8,058 nucleotides of DNA, from the IMG/VR virus record IMGVR_UViG_2740892103_000005, positions 1 to 8,058 of that record, one strand, 5' to 3'. Of this stretch, positions 1 to 4,530 are shown one piece after another. The position numbers and the translations under genes were made by a program. This stretch comes from a virus (lineage: Duplodnaviria > Heunggongvirae > Uroviricota > Caudoviricetes). How positions within the stretch are numbered: the first letter of the stretch is position 1; each line of letters begins with the position of its first letter. Under the pieces are notes generated by a model. It had not been told where the DNA came from, ran no database searches, and was given only the letters and a program-made list of their open reading frames with translations.

Positions 1-860
1 AAGAGGAACAGCGGGTCATCAGAGCAGGTACGGTTACCCCAGAAGCGGAAACCGTCGCGGCGAATCAGCGTAGTGACGCCTGACTCATTAAGCAGGTCAG
101 CATCGGTGCCGGACTCCTGCAAATCCCAGAATACAGAGGTGCTGATGCCGGTAACACCGTTCACCCCAACGTTGGACAGTGTTTTATGCCAGCCCTGCTC
201 CTGGTCGATTTTAGCGCGCAGACCCAGCGCACGGGCGGTGGCATACGCGGTGGCGGTGGTACTGGTGACCGTATCCCATGCGAGGAAATCCGGCCAGATG
301 ACCATCAACTCACGCTGGCTGAAATTCTGGCGGTAGGCTTTCACCTCGGAAATGGTCTTACAGCCCCATGCGCTGATATATCCGAAAGCACGCAGCTTCT
401 GACAGACGGATGCCAGTGCAACAGCCACCTCTTTGGTATCCAGTCCCGGCACACCGAGAATACGCGGTTTAACACCGGTTACCGACTCCGCCGCCAGCAG
501 GGCTTTCAGTCCGGTGTACTGACCGTTTTCGTCGGTGGTGCCGATGATATTGGAAACGGTCTGCGCGAGTTTCGTTTCCTCGTCGTCGCCGGTGCCGTCT
601 TCCACACGCACGACAACGGTGACCGGTTTTGACTGGTCGGCGATGGCCTGCAACGATGCCGCCAGCGTGCCTTTTTTACCGGCCTTTGCAATTGCGCTCT
701 GCACATTGGTAATCAGCACCGGTTTATTGAGGGGGAAGGTTTCCGCATCCGCATCGCTGGCCGTGCAGACCATGCCGACAATGGCCGTGGATACGGTGGA
801 AATGACGCGGGTGCCGTCGTTAATCTCCAGCACCTGCACGCCGTGATGATAGTCACTCAT
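1..860 (-). CDS. FI: Tail sheath protein, P2 gpFI-like; N-terminal ~286 codons, C-terminus lies beyond the window start
   Basis: Manual minus-strand translation from ATG at 860-858 reads MSDYHHGVQVLEINDGTRVISTVSTAIVGMVCTASDADAETFPLNKPVLITNVQSAIAKAGKKG... with no stop to position 1. Recognised from memory as P2 FI tail sheath N-terminus. GGAG Shine-Dalgarno lies 8 nt upstream of the ATG. Missing from the ORF track because it has no in-window stop. Confidence 0.9.
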   Translation of the reverse strand, partial: MSDYHHGVQVLEINDGTRVISTVSTAIVGMVCTASDADAETFPLNKPVLITNVQSAIAKAGKKGTLAASLQAIADQSKPVTVVVRVEDGTGDDEETKLAQTVSNIIGTTDENGQYTGLKALLAAESVTGVKPRILGVPGLDTKEVAVALASVCQKLRAFGYISAWGCKTISEVKAYRQNFSQRELMVIWPDFLAWDTVTSTTATAYATARALGLRAKIDQEQGWHKTLSNVGVNGVTGISTSVFWDLQESGTDADLLNESGVTTLIRRDGFRFWGNRTCSDDPLFL

Positions 861-932
861 CCGTTTAACTCCGTGGTTAATGGGTGCAACTATTTTCTGT
901 TGGGCAGTGCATAAGACGCTATTTGACCTGAC

Positions 933-950
933 TGGTCAGTGGATGAAACA
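933..950 (-). promoter_or_regulatory. Putative P2-type late promoter activator element upstream of FI (PF-like)
   Basis: Minus strand reads TGTTTCATCCACTGACCA, i.e. TGT-N12-CCA, one mismatch from the TGT-N12-ACA partial dyad of Ogr-dependent P2 late promoters. It is centred about 80 nt upstream of the FI ATG and sits immediately after a terminator. Position and motif only; the -10 region is weak, as expected for an activator-dependent promoter. Confidence 0.3.
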
Positions 951-954
951 ACAG

Positions 955-984
955 ATTAAAGAAAAGGCGGGCAACTCGCCCGCC
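955..984 (-). terminator. Rho-independent terminator (minus strand) downstream of the cargo gene and upstream of FI
   Basis: GC-rich 7-bp stem GGCGGGC (966-972) / GCCCGCC (978-984) with 5-nt loop. On the minus strand the stem is followed directly by TTTTCTTTAAT; on the plus strand there is no T-tract, so it is orientation-specific. Confidence 0.55.
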
Positions 985-1053
985 CGTCCTGATTTGTACT
1001 CACTCATTTTTCAACTGACAATTTACATAGCCCAAAAGCTATCAAATCAGACA

Positions 1054-1077
1054 GTCTGCTTTGAGCCAAAAGCAGAC
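1054..1077. repeat. Perfect 9-bp inverted repeat hairpin (GTCTGCTTT-N6-AAAGCAGAC)
   Basis: Read directly: 1054-1062 gtctgcttt, loop gagcca, 1069-1077 aaagcagac. Lies between the cargo gene stop and the terminator at 955-984. Could be a second terminator, an RNA processing site or a protein-binding palindrome. Confidence 0.5.
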
Positions 1078-1107
1078 GTTATGGTATGTCAATCAAACAA
1101 GAGGAAG

Positions 1108-1119
1108 TGACCTGCTCCC
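1108..1119 (+). repeat. Direct repeat copy 1 (TGACCTGCTCCC), 3' flank of cargo gene
   Basis: Exact 12-mer also present at 2537-2548. Both copies are preceded by CAATCA at a slightly different spacing. A 12-mer match alone is near chance expectation in 8 kb; the flanking position is what makes it notable. Confidence 0.35.
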
Positions 1120-1146
1120 CGTTGTGGGTGTGAACCTCATGGGCAT

Positions 1147-2373
1147 TCAACCTTTCAATGCTTCAATCGTATTATTAAGTCGACGCAACAGGTCGTCGTA
1201 CGTCAATATGTCTATCATGTTGGCGTACTTACGTTTGATTATCTCAAAATCAAGCAACTGACCGTCGGTCATGTTACCGTTCGCTATCTGATCGCGCCCG
1301 ACAATGATGATGGCTTTTGGGTTAGATATACGAATACACATTCCCGCTGGCAGAGAATTCTTGTAGGCATTCGTAAGCTCTTTTTCACCCTTAACACCCC
1401 ATTTAGATAAATGAAAAATATACTTTTCAGCCTGCATAATACCGCCGCTAAGTTCTGATGTAGGAATATAGTTATCGCGATAGGGCGTCTTGCGAAGGAT
1501 CTTATCATCAAACGGCTTTTTGACTTCGATGATATCAAGGTTGCCGTTTGCATCCACCAGTGCAATGTCTATAAACCGATTTGTTTTAGCCGAAGGATTA
1601 GAGTAATAGTCGAAAATTTTAACCTTCTCGAGGACCTTGATATATTTTGGAAAAAGTAATGTGATGAAGGGTATCATCAGGCTCTGCCAGTCATCTTCAG
1701 ACAAGTTAGTTTTGTTATTCAACGCATCCTGGATAATGTCTCTTATGAGTGTATATTTCTCAATTTCGAGCTTATTTAAAACTTCTAAATCCAGTTTGTC
1801 GGTTTTTCTGATCACTGTTTTTCTGTTTAGGTAATGTTCATACCGTTCGCGAGCATCTTTCATACCATCAAGATAACCTGCGAGAATAGCGTGAACCCTT
1901 GCATTAGCATAGCGATCCAGTTCCCCTGTGTTGGGGAATTTACTTTGCAACTCCTGGAATACGCTTTTTGGTATAGCTTCCGGCTTATCTCCTCCGATGA
2001 TGATGGGATTAGTGTGTTCGAGTAGTTTTGAAAGCCGACCAAAAATGGAGACGTTGCGTTCTGACGCAAATACTTTCCTTTCAAGCTTGATGGACTTATG
2101 TATAAGGACATCTCGATTAATGCTTAGAATCCGTCCCGGAACTGTTATGTATTCATTATTAAGCGTGCCAAAATTAAAGGAATATTCGTAATCATTAAAA
2201 TCCTGAACGGTTGACGGTGGGTTTCTCAAATCCTGGAGTTGAAAGTTAAAAATTCGTGAAATGCATACTGTTTGAAATTTATTTAAACTCTCCCAAACCC
2301 AAATTATTTGTTCTCCGCTGTCACCGTCGTAAGTCATAACAACGTCATTTGATACAAAGCTGAACTGTAACAT
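1147..2373 (-). CDS. Cargo protein in the G-FI hotspot: putative PD-(D/E)xK nuclease, Shedu/DUF4263-like C-terminal domain with an unassigned N-terminal domain; candidate anti-phage defence protein
   Basis: 408-aa ORF with AGAGGAAAT Shine-Dalgarno 4-8 nt upstream of ATG at 2373. Strongly AT-rich versus flanking phage genes (by eye, not computed). Residues ~265-285 read RFIDIALVDANGNLDIIEVKKP, a D...(D/E)xK core. Downstream AIIIVGRD and a C-terminal ILTYDDLLRRL resemble what I recall of Shedu (DUF4263) conserved blocks. Family assignment is from memory and motifs, not a search. Confidence 0.5.
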   Translation of the reverse strand: MLQFSFVSNDVVMTYDGDSGEQIIWVWESLNKFQTVCISRIFNFQLQDLRNPPSTVQDFNDYEYSFNFGTLNNEYITVPGRILSINRDVLIHKSIKLERKVFASERNVSIFGRLSKLLEHTNPIIIGGDKPEAIPKSVFQELQSKFPNTGELDRYANARVHAILAGYLDGMKDARERYEHYLNRKTVIRKTDKLDLEVLNKLEIEKYTLIRDIIQDALNNKTNLSEDDWQSLMIPFITLLFPKYIKVLEKVKIFDYYSNPSAKTNRFIDIALVDANGNLDIIEVKKPFDDKILRKTPYRDNYIPTSELSGGIMQAEKYIFHLSKWGVKGEKELTNAYKNSLPAGMCIRISNPKAIIIVGRDQIANGNMTDGQLLDFEIIKRKYANMIDILTYDDLLRRLNNTIEALKG

Positions 2374-2480
2374 ATTTCCTCTGATTGATAAAACGTCCCA
2401 TATTTTCCTGATAATTGCATTAGAGATCCGGCATGAACTGATGCCCGCCTATAATGACTAACTCTGCAATCACTGTCTCG

Positions 2481-2509
2481 ATATTATGTTCATCCCCCAT
2501 TTTATCCAA
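2481..2509 (-). promoter_or_regulatory. Putative sigma70 promoter for the cargo gene
   Basis: Minus strand reads TTGGAT-17 bp-TAATAT (plus-strand atccaa 2504-2509, atatta 2481-2486), about 110 bp upstream of the cargo ATG and on the gene side of the IS2 insertion. Sequence pattern only. Confidence 0.3.
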
Positions 2510-2536
2510 GTTATAAAATAGCAATCACGTAGATAA

Positions 2537-2548
2537 TGACCTGCTCCC
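2537..2548 (+). repeat. Direct repeat copy 2 (TGACCTGCTCCC), 5' flank of cargo gene
   Basis: Exact match to 1108-1119. Confidence 0.35.
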
Positions 2549-2588
2549 AGTAAACTAACATAGCACGATGTAAGCAAGTTCCGCTTTT

Positions 2589-2593
2589 GGTAC
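2589..2593. repeat. IS2 target-site duplication, copy 1 (GGTAC)
   Basis: The 5 bp immediately outside the IS2 IRR end are identical to the 5 bp immediately outside the IRL end (3925-3929). IS2 is known to make 5-bp duplications. Confidence 0.9.
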
Positions 2594-2634
2594 TGGATTT
2601 GCCCCTATATTTCCAGACATCTGTTATCACTTAA
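2594..2634. repeat. IS2 right terminal inverted repeat (IRR)
   Basis: Imperfect inverted repeat partner of 3884-3924; shared ...CCAGACA...TATCACTTAA core. Confidence 0.85.
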
Positions 2635-3510
2635 CCCATTACAGGCCCGCTGCCGCAGATATTCCCGTGGCGAGCGATAACCCAGCGCACTATGCGGATG
2701 CCATTCGTTATAATGCTCGAACGCCTCTGCAAGGTTCTTTGCTGCCGTTAACCCGTCTGGTTTGGGCATGATACTTATGTAGTCACGCTTTATCGTTTTC
2801 ACGAAGCTCTCTGCTATTCCGTTACTCTCCGGACTCCGCACCGCCGTGTTCTTCGGTTCAAGTCCCAACATCCGGGCGAACTGGCGTGTTTCATTAGCCC
2901 GGTAGCATGAACCATTATCCGTCAGCCACTCCACTGGAGACGACGGAAGATCGTTGCCGAAGCGGCGTTCCACCGCTCCCAGCATGACGTCCTGTACTGT
3001 TTCACTGTTGAAGCCGCCGGTAGTCACCGCCCAGTGCAGTGCCTCACGATCACAGCAGTCCAGCGCGAACGTGACACGCAGTCTCTCTCCGTTATCACAG
3101 CAGAACTCGAACCCGTCAGAGCACCATCGCTGATTGCTTTCTTTCACGGCCACTCTGCCTGTATGTGCCCGTTTCGATGGCGGTACAGCAGGTTTTCGCT
3201 CAAGCAACAGCGCATTCTGGCGCATGATCCGGTAAACACGTTTGGCATTGATCGCAGGCATACCATCAAGTTCTGCCTGTCTGCGAAGCAGCGTCCATAC
3301 CCGACGATAACCATACGTGGGCAGCTCTCCGATAACATGGTGTATACGGAGAAGCACATCCGTATCATCAGTGTGACGACTGCGGCGGCCATCCATCCAG
3401 TCATCGGTTCGTCTGAGAATGACGTGCAACTGCGCACGCGACACCCGGAGACAACGGCTGACTAAGCTTACTCCCCATCCCCGGGCAATAAGGGCGCGTG
3501 CGCTATCCAC
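2605..3510 (-). CDS. insD: IS2 transposase OrfB (InsD), DDE integrase-like catalytic part; expressed as InsCD fusion by -1 frameshift
   Basis: 301-aa ORF (track) beginning (V/M)[29 protein letters not shown]..., recognised as IS2 InsD. Overlaps the insC 3' end in the -1 frame. Confidence 0.92.
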   Translation of the reverse strand: MDSARALIARGWGVSLVSRCLRVSRAQLHVILRRTDDWMDGRRSRHTDDTDVLLRIHHVIGELPTYGYRRVWTLLRRQAELDGMPAINAKRVYRIMRQNALLLERKPAVPPSKRAHTGRVAVKESNQRWCSDGFEFCCDNGERLRVTFALDCCDREALHWAVTTGGFNSETVQDVMLGAVERRFGNDLPSSPVEWLTDNGSCYRANETRQFARMLGLEPKNTAVRSPESNGIAESFVKTIKRDYISIMPKPDGLTAAKNLAEAFEHYNEWHPHSALGYRSPREYLRQRACNGLSDNRCLEI

Positions 3511-3833
3511 TTTTTTGCCCGTCCATATTCAACGGCTTCTTTGAGGAGTTCATTTTCCATCGTTTTCTTGCCGAGCAGGCGCTGGAGTTCTTTAATCTGC
3601 TTCATGGCGGCAGCAAGTTCAGAGGCAGGAACAACCTGTTCTCCGGCGGCGACAGCAGTAAGACTTCCTTCCTGGTATTGCTTACGCCAGAGAAATAACT
3701 GGCTGGCTGCTACACCATGTTGCCGGGCAACGAGGGAGACCGTCATCCCCGGTTCAAAGCTCTGCTGAACAATTGTGATCTTTTCCTGTGTGGTACGCCG
3801 TCTGCGTTTCTCCGGCCCTAAGACATCAATCAT
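3468..3833 (-). CDS. insC: IS2 OrfA (InsC), helix-turn-helix transposase N-terminal protein / regulator
   Basis: Track ORF 3468-3878 trimmed to the internal ATG at 3833, giving [19 protein letters not shown]..., the InsC N-terminus as I recall it. The upstream extension would lie inside the terminal inverted repeat. Confidence 0.9.
   Translation of the reverse strand: MIDVLGPEKRRRRTTQEKITIVQQSFEPGMTVSLVARQHGVAASQLFLWRKQYQEGSLTAVAAGEQVVPASELAAAMKQIKELQRLLGKKTMENELLKEAVEYGRAKKWIAHAPLLPGDGE
3510..3517 (-). other. Programmed -1 ribosomal frameshift slippery site (A AAA AAG) at the insC/insD overlap
   Basis: Minus strand reads GGGCAAAAAAGTGG within the 3468-3510 overlap of the two ORFs, the arrangement typical of IS3-family elements. 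Confidence 0.7.
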
Positions 3834-3883
3834 CTGTTCTCCAATGACTAGTCTAAAAACTAGTATTAAGACTATCACTTATT

Positions 3884-3924
3884 TAAGTGATACTGGTTGT
3901 CTGGAGATTCAGGGGGCCAGTCTA
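3884..3924. repeat. IS2 left terminal inverted repeat (IRL)
   Basis: See IRR feature; the reverse complement of 3884-3924 aligns with 2594-2634. Confidence 0.85.
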
Positions 3925-3929
3925 GGTAC
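3925..3929. repeat. IS2 target-site duplication, copy 2 (GGTAC)
   Basis: Identical to 2589-2593. Confidence 0.9.
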
Positions 3930-3999
3930 AGAGCAGACTGTCAGATTAAGTTTTACTCTGTGCCATAGATACGTTAGCTCACTCCAGATATCATACAAC

Positions 4000-4527
4000 T
4001 TATTGCGGTATTTCCGGCCATTCAGGATTTGCAGGATCCACACGGCTGACCAGAACGCTGTAGCGTTCCCATGACTCCAGTCGTGCGCGCTCCTCATCCG
4101 TCGCCATATTCAGCCTGACGGCGCGTTCCAGCGGCTGGATAACGCTTTCCGCTTCGGAAAGTAACGCGGCCTTTTGTGATTCGGCCTGTTGTTGCTGTTC
4201 GTCTGCCGTATAAATCCGCTTAATCACGGCACCATCCTTAAACATCCATTTACCTGAGTCATCAGCACGTCGGTTGGCGGTAATATCAGGAACCTCGACA
4301 ACGCTAAAACCTTCAGGGTTAAGCGTTGAAGCATCTCTGGTGATGCCGACAATTATATTATTCTCGTCGTAAACAATCTTTATCGTGTCCTCCTGAAAAT
4401 TATTTACTTCCTCATACCAGTTTTTTCCCTCTTCGGACCATAACCAGATAACATCAAAATTTTTTGTCAGTTGATATTGGGCAACAGTTTTTGGATTACC
4501 CGCAATAATATTTTTTAAATGCTGCAT
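4000..4527 (-). CDS. G: Tail fibre assembly protein (P2 gpG-like chaperone)
   Basis: 175-aa [43 protein letters not shown]...[30 protein letters not shown], recognised as P2 G / Tfa family. Starts 3 nt after the tail fibre stop. Confidence 0.9.
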   Translation of the reverse strand: MQHLKNIIAGNPKTVAQYQLTKNFDVIWLWSEEGKNWYEEVNNFQEDTIKIVYDENNIIVGITRDASTLNPEGFSVVEVPDITANRRADDSGKWMFKDGAVIKRIYTADEQQQQAESQKAALLSEAESVIQPLERAVRLNMATDEERARLESWERYSVLVSRVDPANPEWPEIPQ

Positions 4528-4530
4528 AAA

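Larger units (their letters stand above)
2594..3924 (-). mobile_element. IS2 (IS3 family), complete 1331-bp copy
   Basis: Termini read TGGATTTGCCCCTATATTTCCAGACATCTGTTATCACTTAA at 2594 onward and, reverse-complemented at 3924, TAGACTGGCCCCCTGAATCTCCAGACAACCAGTATCACTTAA. These match the IS2 ends as I remember them. The span is exactly 1331 bp, encodes InsC and InsD, and is flanked by perfect GGTAC direct repeats. Confidence 0.95.

Noticed and set aside
186-846. Plus-strand ORFs 186-632 (148 aa) and 535-846 (103 aa), also 73-336
   Set aside because: Antisense to the clearly recognisable FI tail sheath gene; low-complexity Gly/Arg-rich translations typical of shadow frames in GC-rich coding DNA.
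880-1110. Plus-strand 76-aa ORF spanning the FI upstream region
   Set aside because: It runs straight across the terminator hairpin and the putative late promoter, has no convincing RBS, and lies in a regulatory intergenic region; most likely spurious. Could be revisited if comparative data show conservation.
1061-2191. Small ORFs on both strands inside or overlapping the cargo gene (1061-1261, 1284-1565, 1637-1834, 1834-2025, 1860-2111, 1928-2191)
   Set aside because: All are nested within or antisense to the 408-aa ORF, which has the RBS, length and nuclease motifs; AT-rich DNA gives Ile/Leu/Phe-rich junk frames.
3034-3768. ORFs antisense to or nested in IS2 insC/insD (3034-3465, 3144-3437, 3498-3698, 3541-3768)
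   Set aside because: Shadow ORFs within a well-characterised insertion sequence whose true genes are insC and insD.
3925-3999. Intrinsic terminator immediately downstream of gene G
   Set aside because: Only a 6-bp stem with a ~22-nt loop (ACAGAG...CTCTGT) and no following T-tract; too weak to call. The pre-insertion spacer is also disrupted by IS2.
3775-4097. ORFs 3775-4074 (+) and 3909-4097 (-) across the IS2 IRL/G junction
   Set aside because: They span the IS2 terminal repeat and the 3' end of gene G; junction artefacts with no RBS.
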